Shown here: one piece after another, positions 53,515 to 64,000 of the stretch
Layout of the letters: the number at the start of each line of letters is the position of its first letter
Numbering within the stretch: position 1 is the stretch's first letter
DNA from: Pirellulales bacterium
GTDB lineage: Bacteria > Planctomycetota > Planctomycetia > Pirellulales > PALSA-1355
Assembly (NCBI GenBank): GCA_963733035.1
Contig: CAVTBU010000008.1
Span: 128,001 to 192,000 of the forward strand
DNA: 64,000 nt
Direction: 5' to 3'
Made by a program: the position numbers and the translations under genes
Notes under the pieces: model-generated
Told to the model about the DNA's origin: nothing
Seen by the model: only the letters and a program-made list of their open reading frames with translations
Database searches by the model: none

Positions 53515-56006
53515 CTAAAATGCGTTCAGTCGAAACGGACTCAACGGTCGTAGATTCTCATCGGGAGTCGGCCGCTGGGCCGACCCATACTGGAGGTGGG
53601 CGACAACGAGCGTCGCGCTTCTGGATTGCGCGGTGGACGGATCAACGTGCGTACCCTCGATTGCCGCGTCGCGCCAGGCGACGAGCCGTACCTCACCCGG
53701 CTCGAGCGCGCGATGGTCTTGCACGCAGTCGATTAGTCCGCGGAGACACAAGCTGCCTCTGGCAGGCTCGCTGCTGGTCAAATCTGCCCGATCACGCCGC
53801 GCACCGATTTCCTTCGGATCGGTGGCAAACCGCACCGTCGCGGTGTTGCCCGGGCCCAACTCGCCAAGCCAGGCCACCTCGTCCAGCCACTTGTCGTTGT
53901 CCGTCTGGCGACGCCGAACGACAGCAGCTCCCGCCAGGGCAAACTTTGTCCCGTTTGTCACTCGGGGCACTCCGTCCGCGTCGACGCTCCACTCGAGGGC
54001 GCCCCCCAGATCGCACATCTGCTCGGCGTGGATCATCCCCGTGGAATTCGAAGCGACCGGATAATGGCTCAAGTCGCGCTCGCCAACACTCGTGAAAGTG
54101 ACTTCCGACGACGCCTGGCCGGAAAGCCGCTGGCGATCGGTCGAAAAGGGAAGCGCCAACGCCGACGGATCGTCGAACCGCAGATCGTAGTCGCTCGAAA
54201 GCGAGCTGTAGAGCGCCGCGTAGCGGGTCAGATGCCCGCGGGAATAGTTCGGTTGAATTTCGACCACGTCAATCTCGATCTGCGCCCTGGCAAAGCCGAT
54301 GTCGAGTTGCGCGAGCCAGACCACAAGCACTCCCCACACCACCGCGAGCACGGGTACGGCAACCCAAGCCCATTCCACGCGTCCGAGCAGCCGAAACACC
54401 ATCCAATTGACCGGCACGATCACCAGCAAATAGAGCCCGATCATCTTGAGCACAAATTGTCGGCGTGGCACCGAGATGCCGGCTGCGGCCTGCAACGATT
54501 GCCGAGCGGTGGACGAAATCCAACTGAAGTCGTTCCAGGCCGCGGTCCCCGGCTCCGCCTTGTACGAGTCGACTAGATCGAATTGCGCCCCGTAGACACT
54601 CGCCTGCAGGGGCATTCCGTTGGCGTCCACCAGACTCTCGTCGGGTGCGGACGATGTCCCCTCCGAGTCCGTCGGCTTTGCCTCGTCTCGCGTCAGGTAG
54701 CGCACCGCGGTCACCACCTTGGGATCGAGCTGGTCGGGGGCATTTGGCCCTACGAACCGGAAGTCGCGCGTCTCGGGATTGAACGACCGCGATGGCCTTC
54801 TCAGCAAGCAAGCATTGAAAAAACTATCGAAACTCGGCCAGCTGACCAGGTCCGGCTCGCTCAAGCGAAACGACGTCACCACGATTCTCCCACGGCCGAC
54901 GCGCCGTTCGGCGATCAAATCGGCCGTATTCGGCAGAAACACTCCGCCCGGTTGCTTGACCAATTCGATGCCCGACCAGACGTCACCGGCCCGAGATCCC
55001 AAGGGCTGGCTCTTGTCGCCGGCAACCGACCAATTCTTATGAAACTCGGCGAGGCGTGCCGCATCGATTGCTCCCGCCGTATCGCCGGTGGCCGGCAGGT
55101 AGTCGGCGAGAAACGAGCTTCGCAACTTGTCGAGCGAATCGGGTCCGCTGACAATCAACCCGCCACCCCAATGGAGCCAATCGATCATCGCCCGCTGCTG
55201 CTCCGGCACGAGGGCCGTGGCCAGCACGTCGTCCCACACCACATACGCCAGGCTTGTCCAACACAGCGACTCGGTGGAGAGAGCCAGCGGAACATCGACC
55301 GGAGGGAACAAGACCCGGTAGTAGTTGGTGTCGAGCAAGTTGACCGGCGTATACTGCGTCGGAGGACGCACGCTAGCCAGGTTGTTCAGAAATGTATACC
55401 GCGCGGGTTGAGCCGCCAACACGACCATGAAGTACTGGTAGCTCGGCAGATGAGTGACCATTTCCGGCACGCGCTCGACTTCTTGTCCGCCGGAACGGCT
55501 AACCAACTTGTTGTCGATCCAGGTCGACGTCTTTGCCAACGCATTGGGGGCGGGCCGGGCGCAAAGAAAAGCGTCTCCAAGGTCTTTCGCTGCGACTTGG
55601 GCAGCGTCACGTCGCGGTCAACCTTCACCCAAAACGGGCTTCGTTCCAGGTCGACCGGACGCTGTTGCGAGTCGAGCGGCGTGGTTGCCAGCAGGCCGTC
55701 AAAGTCGTATAGGTTCGCGCGCGCTTGCACGAGCGCGCCTGTCCAATGACCTGGTTTGGTTGCCAGGATGATCCGCTCGGTATCCTTCGCCTTTTCGTCG
55801 AACGATGAGCGTTCGTTGGGTTCCGTAAAAACCCGCAGATTCTCAAACGGGGGCTCGGGCTTCTTTTCCTTGAGCTTCTCGAGGTCCGTTTTCGCGCTGG
55901 TTGACGATTTCCAACAGCCGCTGGTCCCAACCACGTACAGTGGCAACATGGCCAACACGACGCACGCCAACGTCCGGCGGATGGCTGGCTGACGTGCGGC
56001 CGACAT
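53515..56006 (-). CDS. Large hypothetical membrane lipoprotein (about 830 aa), apparent frameshift at about 55545-55562
   Basis: Lipobox TSGC, KPGHW, W.HWGG.LIVSG, two TM helices (YLLVIVPVNW...EWAW). Confidence 0.8.
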
Positions 56007-56050
56007 GTGATATTCCTGGCGAGTGACGAACCGTTCCAAGCGACGATCTC

Positions 56051-56056
56051 ATTATA
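56051..56056 (-). promoter_or_regulatory. Putative -10 box (TATAAT)
   Basis: Consensus hexamer about 45 nt upstream of ATG 56006. Confidence 0.4.
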
Positions 56057-56090
56057 GACCGAAGTGCTCGATCACGGCCAACACCCCGGG

Positions 56091-56699
56091 TCAATCGTGC
56101 GGACGGTGGCGCCGGTATTCCGCGGGCGTGTCGATGTCCGCAAAAATCGCGTCCGTGTCCACATCGACATATTCGACCGGATGCCGCGCGAGCAAGGCCT
56201 TCAGGCCTTCGCTGTCACCAAGCTTGGCAACCTCCCCGGCCAGCGACCAGGGAAACAAAACGGGGTGCCCGCGTCGCCCTTGGTGTCGCACGGTCCAGAT
56301 CCGAGGTGGCGTCTCCCGATCGTTTGTTCCGTGTTCATACGCCCCAATCAAGGCGTTGATGACGTCGGTCGAAATCCCCGGCATATCGGCCGGCGCCACC
56401 AGCCAAGCGTCGCCGGGACCCGCGTGAAACACCTGTTCGGCAATGCCAATGCCATGGCAAATGGAATCCTTCATTTCCGCCGGCGGCGGGGTGCAAACGG
56501 CCGTGTAGGCACCGTGGCACTGCTGGGCAATTTGCGCGTCATCGGGATGCAATACCACAATCACTTGTTCGACGCGACTGGCTCGCCAATTGTTGACAAC
56601 GTGCTGGATGAGCGTCGTATTGCCCCAGGGCAACAGGAGCTTCGGCTCGCCCATGCGGCGGCTGCGGCCCGCCGCCGGCAATATGGCAAACGCCCTCAT
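56091..56699 (-). CDS. mocA: Molybdenum cofactor cytidylyltransferase-like nucleotidyltransferase
   Basis: PAAGRSRRMG.PKLLL, ADMP, GHPVLF, DIDTP; near xdhC. Confidence 0.85.
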   Translation of the reverse strand: MRAFAILPAAGRSRRMGEPKLLLPWGNTTLIQHVVNNWRASRVEQVIVVLHPDDAQIAQQCHGAYTAVCTPPPAEMKDSICHGIGIAEQVFHAGPGDAWLVAPADMPGISTDVINALIGAYEHGTNDRETPPRIWTVRHQGRRGHPVLFPWSLAGEVAKLGDSEGLKALLARHPVEYVDVDTDAIFADIDTPAEYRRHRPHD

Positions 56700-56747
56700 A
56701 ACGAACCTCGCAATCCGCGCCGCGTATCATCGCCCGGCTGGCTAGCG

Positions 56748-57953
56748 TCAAAACTCTTCCAAATCTCGCGGCTCGTCGGGAAGCTGCCGGACCGGGTACT
56801 GCAGCTTTAAAAGCGGCGGAACCATGAACGTCGTCACAATGACCATTAGCGTGACGGCGCTAAACAACTTCGAGTCGAGCACTCCGGTTGCCAAGCCCAT
56901 GTTGGCAAAGATCAACCCAACCTCGCCGCGCGGAATCATACCCAGTCCAACCACCAGCTTTCTACCTTTGAACCAAAAGGGCACGTAGCCGGCCGCCAGC
57001 TTGCCAAGAATCGCGACCAGGATCAACGACGCGCCAACGGCCAGCGTGTGCCAATTTTCCTGCTCAAAGGGATTGAACGCTCGCAGGTCAACTGCCGCGC
57101 CAACATAGACAAAGAACAACGGCACGAAAAAGTGTCCGAGGTGACCAATGCCCTCTTCGATTTCACCTGCCCGCTTCGATCGCCGGAGCACAAGTCCGGC
57201 CGTGAAGGCTCCAATGATCATTGCCGAGCCGACCGCGTGCGCCAGCCAAGCCATGCCGAACGCCACGATCAATGCAAGCACGGTCAACGTCCCCCGCACC
57301 TTGACGCGCGACACCAATTCGACCAGCAGCGGCACCACAGCGATGCCGACCGCCAGCGCGATCACCAGGAATCCGAACGCCACCGCCGTGGTCGTGATTA
57401 CAAACATCGCATCGACGTCTTGTCCACGCGTGGCCGCCTCGACCACGGTCAAAATAATCAGGCCCACAATATCGTCGATGACCGCCGCCCCCAGGATCAC
57501 TTTCCCCTCGGCCTCTTGCAGACGGCCAAGATCCGAAAGCACGCGGGCGGTGATACCCACGCTCGTAGCCGTCAGTGCCGCGCCACAGACGACCGCGGCC
57601 ATGACGCTCAGGCCCAGCCCCCAGGCAACCAGATAGCCCATCCCAAACGGCAAGGCGACACCAACCACGGCCACCGCGGTCGAAGTCGGGCCGGCGCTGA
57701 CCAACTCGGCGATGTCGGTTTCCAAACCGATTTCGAACAGCAACAGCACCACGCCAATTTCGGCGAACAAGTGAAACACCTGGTTCGACGGGTCAAGAAA
57801 GCCCCCCACCGAAACCCCGACCAATACGCCCGCGATCAATTCGCCAAGCACCACGGGCTGGCCGATCCGCTGCGCGACGATGCCAACGGCCTTGGCCGTG
57901 GCGATCAGAATCACGAGCAAGCGCAGCACGTCGGGAACGTCAATATGTTCCAT
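56748..57953 (-). CDS. Cation:proton antiporter (CPA2)
   Basis: QP.VLGEL, LFEIGLE, ATSVGIT, AAVIDD, MIPRGEV. Confidence 0.93.
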   Translation of the reverse strand: MEHIDVPDVLRLLVILIATAKAVGIVAQRIGQPVVLGELIAGVLVGVSVGGFLDPSNQVFHLFAEIGVVLLLFEIGLETDIAELVSAGPTSTAVAVVGVALPFGMGYLVAWGLGLSVMAAVVCGAALTATSVGITARVLSDLGRLQEAEGKVILGAAVIDDIVGLIILTVVEAATRGQDVDAMFVITTTAVAFGFLVIALAVGIAVVPLLVELVSRVKVRGTLTVLALIVAFGMAWLAHAVGSAMIIGAFTAGLVLRRSKRAGEIEEGIGHLGHFFVPLFFVYVGAAVDLRAFNPFEQENWHTLAVGASLILVAILGKLAAGYVPFWFKGRKLVVGLGMIPRGEVGLIFANMGLATGVLDSKLFSAVTLMVIVTTFMVPPLLKLQYPVRQLPDEPRDLEEF

Positions 57954-58062
57954 GCGGGCCTCCGGGAACGAGATGCGTCAAAGTCGAATTCTATTCGACA
58001 ATGCAGATGCGCATACCCCGAAGCGCGCTAACCGCCAGCTTATGCTGCGATATTTTTCCGGC

Positions 58063-59154
58063 CTAGTCACCACCAGCCACGACGGCCCGCTCGCGTGTAT
58101 GGTGGCCGGCGATCCCCAGGTTGCGATGGGCGACTAACTCGGCCGTGATGCTGACGGCAATTTCCATGACCGTCTGCGAGCCGATATCGAGACCGACCGG
58201 AGCATAGACTTCGCGGAGCGACTCTGCCGTGATGCCTTCTGCCAACAGGTCGTCGAAGATGAGCTTGATCTTCCGCTTGCTGCCAATCATGCCAACGTAG
58301 CGTGCGCCCCGATTGATGAGGTGATAAAGTGCCTCCTCATCATGATTGTGTCCGCGGGTAACGATTAGGCAGTAGGTGTTCGGCGTAATGTCGAGTGCCG
58401 GCAGCACTTCTCCCATCGAGCCGGCAATGCGCCGTTCGGCCCGAGGAAATCGCTCCTCGCTGACGAACTCGCCCCGGTCGTCAACGACCCATACGTCAAA
58501 ATCCAGGTCGGTTGCCAGGTTGCCGACCGCCCGGCCAACGTGTCCACCCCCGACGATCACCAGCCGACACCGCTCGAGCAACGGCAAATAAGCGACGCCA
58601 TGTGCCGCCGACGGCCTGGGCCGCTCGGATTGAGGCCGCAACGACTGTCTCACCTTCGCCGGTGCGTCGCCTGCGTCCGCCGGACCGCGCACGCATGCGA
58701 CTAGTCGTCCTTCCGCGTCAAACAGGTAACATGCACCCGCCGGCAGTCCGCTCGCTTCAGCGTCAAACACGATGGCCTCGGTGCAGCCAGCGCCGCTGCC
58801 GACGAGCGCTTGAAGTTGCTCGAAGTAGCGTCGCTCCTCGGTATCGGCCAGCGGGTCGATGAGTACTTGCATACGCCCGCCGCAGATCAAACCGTCGTCC
58901 CAACCGTAGTCGTCGTCGAGTTGGAAACGCACCACTTCGGCGGCCCCGCCGTTCAGCACTGCGAGAGCCTGCCGTTTCACTTCCGCTTCGACGCAACCGC
59001 CACCAAGCGTGCCAGACTGTGAGCCGTCATCGAAGACCAGCATCGATGCCCCCGGCTTCTGCGGTGTTGAACCGCGGGTTTCCACCAGACGGCAACAGGC
59101 CACGCGCCGCCCCTGGGCCGTGGAAGAAAGGAGTTGATCGACGAGTTCGCGCAT
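58063..59154 (-). CDS. xdhC: XdhC/CoxI family molybdoenzyme maturation factor
   Basis: GSTP, GTLGGGCVE, LICGG, GGGHVG, TRGH..D, YVGMIGS, PVGLDIG. Confidence 0.93.
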   Translation of the reverse strand: MRELVDQLLSSTAQGRRVACCRLVETRGSTPQKPGASMLVFDDGSQSGTLGGGCVEAEVKRQALAVLNGGAAEVVRFQLDDDYGWDDGLICGGRMQVLIDPLADTEERRYFEQLQALVGSGAGCTEAIVFDAEASGLPAGACYLFDAEGRLVACVRGPADAGDAPAKVRQSLRPQSERPRPSAAHGVAYLPLLERCRLVIVGGGHVGRAVGNLATDLDFDVWVVDDRGEFVSEERFPRAERRIAGSMGEVLPALDITPNTYCLIVTRGHNHDEEALYHLINRGARYVGMIGSKRKIKLIFDDLLAEGITAESLREVYAPVGLDIGSQTVMEIAVSITAELVAHRNLGIAGHHTRERAVVAGGD

Positions 59155-59295
59155 GAGCTAAACTGTGTGCGAAGTGGCTGGTAGGTGAGTAGATGATCGG
59201 TGGGCCGAACCCGCCACGGTCTAGTATATGTCGGTATCTTCGGGCAGACACTCCCCCGGTACCCTTGAATCCGACGAAATACAACGAGTTTGCCG

Positions 59296-59802
59296 ATGCG
59301 GTTCACGATTCGCCAGGAACAACCAGTGGATCGGCCAGCCATCTTCGAGGTGCTCCGGCGGGCTTTCGAGCAAGACGCCGAGGCCAAACTTGTCGAAAAT
59401 TTGCGCAATGGCGATTACATACGACTGTCGATGGTGGCCGAACTCGAGGGACACGTTGTTGGGCACATTCTTTACTCAAAGCTAAATATCGTTCGAGAAT
59501 CCGAAACGACCGCTGCGCTGGCACTGGCACCGATGGCCGTGCTCCCCGAATATCAATCGCTCGGCATCGGCGTCGCTCTAGTTCGCGGCAGCCTCGACAT
59601 CTGTCGCCAACAGGGGCACCAGATCGTCATCGTGCTGGGCCATCCAGATTACTATGCACGTTTCGGCTTTTCGTCCCGGTTGGCCTTGCCGCTCGAATCA
59701 CCCTATGCCGGCGACTCCTTCATGGCGTTGGAACTCGTGCCCGACGCACTCCAGAATGTTCGGGGCAGGGTAGAGTATGCTCCACCCTTTAGCGAGCTCT
59801 GA
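59296..59802 (+). CDS. GNAT N-acetyltransferase (YhbS-like)
   Basis: VVGHI, LAPMAV.PEYQ..GIG, VLGHPDYY.RFGF. Confidence 0.92.
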   Translation: MRFTIRQEQPVDRPAIFEVLRRAFEQDAEAKLVENLRNGDYIRLSMVAELEGHVVGHILYSKLNIVRESETTAALALAPMAVLPEYQSLGIGVALVRGSLDICRQQGHQIVIVLGHPDYYARFGFSSRLALPLESPYAGDSFMALELVPDALQNVRGRVEYAPPFSEL

Positions 59803-59965
59803 TCGCCGCTTCAAAACGTGCTAGCCCCGACGGATTGGATTTGACGAAGGGCTGACGCGACTGGGCCGCTCCACGCGTCCTGTGCCCGTCCTTCTCAATT
59901 CTACCGCTACCGGATAGGATGACGGAGCAGCCTTTCCCCTCGCCGTTTGACGTGTTTGCGCCCCA

Positions 59966-60943
59966 ATGATGAGCCGAATTGACTCGCCCCTTCCGCGTCT
60001 CCAGCCGGAGCCGCTGCCCGACAACCTGCCGAGCGTGCAGCCGGGCGGAGGCCGCTGTTATTCGCTGGAATTAACTTGGGGACGCTGGCGGCGTTGGTGG
60101 CTCCGCACGTTTCGCCAAGCTTATGTTCAGCGCATGGCGGCCCGGCGCCGGGGCTCGGACGAAGGAGCCCCGCACGCAATTCTCGACCCGCGCGATTTGA
60201 AGTATTGCCGCAATCGCGTGACCTGCGATTGGGCAGCGGCCGACGATCCATTTCGCTGGCGAGACCGCCTGCCGTTCGCCCGTTGGGGATTGGCCGAAAT
60301 GCAGATCATGGGCTACCCGCTGTTGGCGCTCGCGTTGCTTGGCGGCTGGTATCATTGGAGCCTGGCGATCGCGCCCGCGGTGCTTTTTGGATTCGTGCTG
60401 TATTTCTTCCGCGACCCGCCGCGGCGCGTGCCTAGCGAACCGGGAATGCTCGTGTCGCCTGCCGATGGAAAGGTCGTCGAGATCGCCAAAATCGACCACG
60501 ACGACTTTATCGGCGGTCCGGCCGTGCGAATCGGCATCTTCCTTTCGGTTTTCAACGTCCATATCAACCGGGCTCCGTCCAAATCACGCGTCATTCGCCT
60601 GGCGTACCATCCCGGGCTGTTTCTCAATGCCCTCAATCCCGAAAGTGCGCTGCGTAACGAGAACCTCTGGATTGGGTTGGAGGAAGAGGCGTCGCCACAT
60701 CGCCGGCTGATCGTGCGTCAGATCGCCGGCCTGCTCGCACGCCGCATCGTGTGTAACCTCCGCAGCGGCGAAATCGTCGCCCGCGGACACAAATTCGGTA
60801 TGATCAAACTCGGCTCGCGAACGGAATTGCTCATGCCTGATGAGGTAGGCTTGCAAGTTGTTGCCAAGATCGGCGACAAGGTGCAAGGTGGCAGCACGGT
60901 ATTGGCCCGCTTTGAAGCGGCCGCTGCCGACGAATTGAACTGA
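59966..60943 (+). CDS. psd: Phosphatidylserine decarboxylase proenzyme
   Basis: FFRDPPR, SPADG, IFLSVFNVHINR.P, QIAG..ARRI, KLGS cleavage motif. Confidence 0.93.
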   Translation: MMSRIDSPLPRLQPEPLPDNLPSVQPGGGRCYSLELTWGRWRRWWLRTFRQAYVQRMAARRRGSDEGAPHAILDPRDLKYCRNRVTCDWAAADDPFRWRDRLPFARWGLAEMQIMGYPLLALALLGGWYHWSLAIAPAVLFGFVLYFFRDPPRRVPSEPGMLVSPADGKVVEIAKIDHDDFIGGPAVRIGIFLSVFNVHINRAPSKSRVIRLAYHPGLFLNALNPESALRNENLWIGLEEEASPHRRLIVRQIAGLLARRIVCNLRSGEIVARGHKFGMIKLGSRTELLMPDEVGLQVVAKIGDKVQGGSTVLARFEAAAADELN

Positions 60944-60959
60944 AAGGAACCCGCACGTC

Positions 60960-61817
60960 ATGCGTCGCATTCGCACCGTCGCCGTGTTTCCCACGGTGTT
61001 CACGTTGGCCAATTTGATTTGCGGATTTTTCGCGATCGTCGTGGCCGCGCGCGTCGAACGGCCGACTTCGCTCGAACCGCCTGCGGCGGTCAACAAGATT
61101 TCTTTCAGCAATCCCAAACTCGATCCGACGAACGACACGCACAACATCATGCTTAGCGGGTGGCTGATTTTTCTGGCCATGATTTTCGATGCCCTCGATG
61201 GCCACGTGGCGCGGCTGGCGCGATCCACCTCGGATTTTGGCGCACAACTGGATAGCTTATGCGACCTGGTGTCGTTCGGCGTGGCGCCCGGCTTTCTATT
61301 GGTCAAGATGTGTCCGACATTCACCTATTCGCACGACAAGATATGGCTCATCGCCGCCGCCTTTGCCGCCTGCGCCGCCTTGCGACTCGCCCGATTCAAC
61401 GTGGAAACGGGCGAAGATGACGATCACATGAACTTCAACGGTCTGCCATCGCCGGCCGGAGCCGCGTCGATCGCCGGCTTCGCCATCCTGTTTTACGAAT
61501 TGCGCCGCTCCGGCCCCGAGCTCATGTATGGCGCCGAAATCGACCGGGCCGTGCAGATGGCCTTGCCGTTTTTCGCGCTCTTCGTGGCGCTGCTGATGGT
61601 GTCGCGAATTCCGTATCCGCATATCGTCAACCAGGTGCTGCGTGGCCAGCGGAGCTTCGGGCACGTGGTGCTGCTGGTATTCGCGTTTGTGTTCATCATG
61701 TCAATCCGCGGTTACGCGTTACCCGTGCTGTGCGCTGCGTTCGTCCTGGTGGGCCCCATCCGGTACGCCTGGCATCGGCTGTTTCTGCGGGAACCCTCGC
61801 AGGATCCCATTTTCTGA
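60960..61817 (+). CDS. pssA: CDP-diacylglycerol--serine O-phosphatidyltransferase
   Basis: DALDG..AR...FG.QLDSL.D..SFGVAP, RLARFN; follows psd. Confidence 0.92.
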   Translation: MRRIRTVAVFPTVFTLANLICGFFAIVVAARVERPTSLEPPAAVNKISFSNPKLDPTNDTHNIMLSGWLIFLAMIFDALDGHVARLARSTSDFGAQLDSLCDLVSFGVAPGFLLVKMCPTFTYSHDKIWLIAAAFAACAALRLARFNVETGEDDDHMNFNGLPSPAGAASIAGFAILFYELRRSGPELMYGAEIDRAVQMALPFFALFVALLMVSRIPYPHIVNQVLRGQRSFGHVVLLVFAFVFIMSIRGYALPVLCAAFVLVGPIRYAWHRLFLREPSQDPIF

Positions 61818-61875
61818 TCGGACCTGCCGGAGTCGCCACGAGCGCGAACCCGCCGCAACGTCAACGGCAAGAACC

Positions 61876-62475
61876 ATGTTTACCGGACTTGTTCAATCCC
61901 TGGCCACCGTGCGCGACATCCAACCGGCCGAGCCCGGTTGCCGGCTATGTATCGAAGACCCCGACATTGCCTCGGCAGCCAAACTCGGCGACAGCATCGC
62001 GGTGAACGGTTGCTGCCTGACGGTCGTCGACATCGCCGACGGGTGCCTCGGCTTTGACGCGGGCCCCGAGACCTTGAGTTGCACCAACCTCGGCAAGCTT
62101 CAGCCTGGTGGAAAAGTGAATCTCGAGGCGTCGCTCCGCGTGGGAGACCAGCTCGGCGGCCACTTCGTGACCGGCCATGTCGAGGCTGTCGGCACGGTCG
62201 ACCAGCGGCAAGACGATCGCGACTGGTCGACGTTCTGGTTTCGATTCCCTCGGGAGCTGGACCGGTATCTGGTTCCCAAGGGCTCGGTTGCCGTCGATGG
62301 CGTCAGCCTGACGGTCGTTGATGTCGAAGCGGACCGCTTCAGCGTGCAGTTGATTCCGCATACCCTGGCCGTCACCACACTCGGCCGCCGCGACGTCGGT
62401 GACCACGTGAATCTCGAGACGGACCTGCTGGCGAAGTATGTGCAGAAGCAGTTCGCGGCCGAAAGCCAATCATGA
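61876..62475 (+). CDS. ribE: Riboflavin synthase
   Basis: MFTGLV, GDSIAVNGCCLTV, GGHFVTGHV, KGSVAVDGVSLT. Confidence 0.96.
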   Translation: MFTGLVQSLATVRDIQPAEPGCRLCIEDPDIASAAKLGDSIAVNGCCLTVVDIADGCLGFDAGPETLSCTNLGKLQPGGKVNLEASLRVGDQLGGHFVTGHVEAVGTVDQRQDDRDWSTFWFRFPRELDRYLVPKGSVAVDGVSLTVVDVEADRFSVQLIPHTLAVTTLGRRDVGDHVNLETDLLAKYVQKQFAAESQS

Positions 62476-63385
62476 GCGCGCCGGCGAGCCATCAAACGAT
62501 CTCGTACCTCGGCAAGCGCTTCGCCGAATCGGGCATCCGGCTCAATCACCGCCACGGACAGAACTTTCTCGTCGATCTGAACCTGTTGCGCCTCATCGCC
62601 CAGCGCCGCAAATCGAACCCCAAGACGTTGTGCTCGAAGTGGGCACCGGTACCGGAGCACTCACCGCACTGGTTGCTCCCCAGGCCGCCGCAGTGGTGAC
62701 GGTCGAAATCGATCCGCAACTTTACCAACTCGCCCGCGAGGAATTGATCGAGTTCGGCAATATCACGATGTTGCAAGTCGATGCCCTGCGGAACAAGAGC
62801 CACTTGAGCGACGACGTGATCGCCGCCGTGCAAGATCAATTGGCTAGGGGATCTGACCGCCGGCTCAAGCTAGTGGCCAATTTGCCCTACTCGGTCGCCA
62901 CGCCGGTCATGGCCAACTTGCTTGCCTCACCGATTGTGCCGCAGTCGATGACCGTGACCATCCAAAAGGAAGTCGCCGATCGCATTGCCGCCGCGCCAGA
63001 GACCAAAGACTACGGCGCGCTGGGCATCTGGATGCAAAGCCAATGTCGCGTGGAACTGGTTCGCATGCTGCCGCCCAGCGTGTTTTGGCCCAGGCCCAAG
63101 GTTACGTCGGCCATCCTGCACATTGAAGTCGACCCCCAGCTGCGGGCGCAGATTCCCGATCTTGCTTTCTTTCACGAGTTCGTCCGTTCGCTCTTCCTTC
63201 ATCGCCGGAAGTTCTTGCGGAGTGCGATGGCAAGCGGCCTCAGGGGAAAACTCGAAAAACCCGACGTTGACGCCGCCCTGGCGGCCGTCGACCTCAGCCC
63301 CAACCTGCGTGCTGAACAGATCGACGTGCCAACCATGTTGCGGCTTTGCGAAGCGGTGCGACATCGCCTGACTAAGATGAATTAG
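62472..63385 (+). CDS. rsmA: 16S rRNA dimethyladenosine transferase, apparent frameshift at about 62601-62610
   Basis: GQNFL in frame 62472; VLEVGTGTG, VANLPY, QKEVA.R, FWPRPKV.S in the next frame. Confidence 0.93.
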
Positions 63386-63464
63386 GCAGGATGTTCATTC
63401 CCAGGCCGCGATCCGCTATGATGTAGCGATCACGAAAGGACTTTCGTCCCTGGAAAACGAGCCC

Positions 63465-63686
63465 ATGAAATTCGTCGAAATTAACGGCGCCACCTTGCTC
63501 AAGCTCGTCGGTGAAGAAGAGATTCCCGGCCTGCGCGGGGCAGGCGTTACCGATCAGAGCCAGGTACGCATCAATCCCCAGGGAGACATCGAGATTCTTC
63601 AGCGGGGAGAGTGGAGCATCATCGGTGGGCTGATCGGCGACTATGCCAGCCGGATCCACAAGTTGACGGGCCGTGACTGGACTTAA
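63465..63686 (+). CDS. Small hypothetical protein (73 aa)
   Basis: Host-like codon usage, globular composition, fills the gap. Confidence 0.72.
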   Translation: MKFVEINGATLLKLVGEEEIPGLRGAGVTDQSQVRINPQGDIEILQRGEWSIIGGLIGDYASRIHKLTGRDWT

Positions 63687-64000
63687 ATCGGACGCGTTTT
63701 CTGCATCCAGATCAGCGAACATTTCACGCAAGCCGGCCGGAAATAACAGTAGACTAAATGCGTATTTTGGATAATATGCGTTGAGTTTGAAGAGCGTTGG
63801 CAAACGTGGTATTTTGTGACGGTTGAATCGCCGAACGATATCCGCTTAGGATGACCTTGGCGATTCAATCGGGCGATGTGACGGGTACCAGTTCCGCATC
63901 TGCGGGGTACGTCGGCGCGAACCTTTCCTGGGCAACAAAGACGTATCCTGCCCGAGGCTTGCGCAGGCCGATGGTAAGAATAAGGGCCCGCGCGCGTGCG

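Noticed and set aside
63996..64000. GTGCG as a group II intron 5' end
   Set aside because: 5-mer at the window edge with no supporting sequence

Overview
GC-rich bacterial chromosome segment, most likely a planctomycete (Pirellulales-like). This is inferred from two DUF1501 genes, DUF1570- and DUF3500-type genes, a single-chain glyQS and futalosine-type menaquinone genes. About 55 genes, mostly core: glyQS, a ubiD-like/ubiE/ubiX/ubiA/mqnE operon, recG-rnhA, priA, nadD, amtB-glnK-glnD, mutM, trpBA, psd-pssA-ribE-rsmA, and a minus-strand xdhC/antiporter/mocA/ABC/Moco-oxidoreductase/RND block. I found no rRNA, tRNA, CRISPR, IS or prophage. Eight genes carry single apparent frameshifts, all at or beside GCGC, probably long-read consensus errors. 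The best leads are a full-length UbiD paralogue lacking its catalytic motifs, an intergenic pair of hairpins with complementary loops upstream of an orphan response regulator, a CxxCH (heme c) sensor kinase, a DUF1501 protein with an extra CBM-like domain, and leaderless-type promoters. No clearly new multi-gene system can be proven from sequence alone. All family calls are by motif recognition, not database search.
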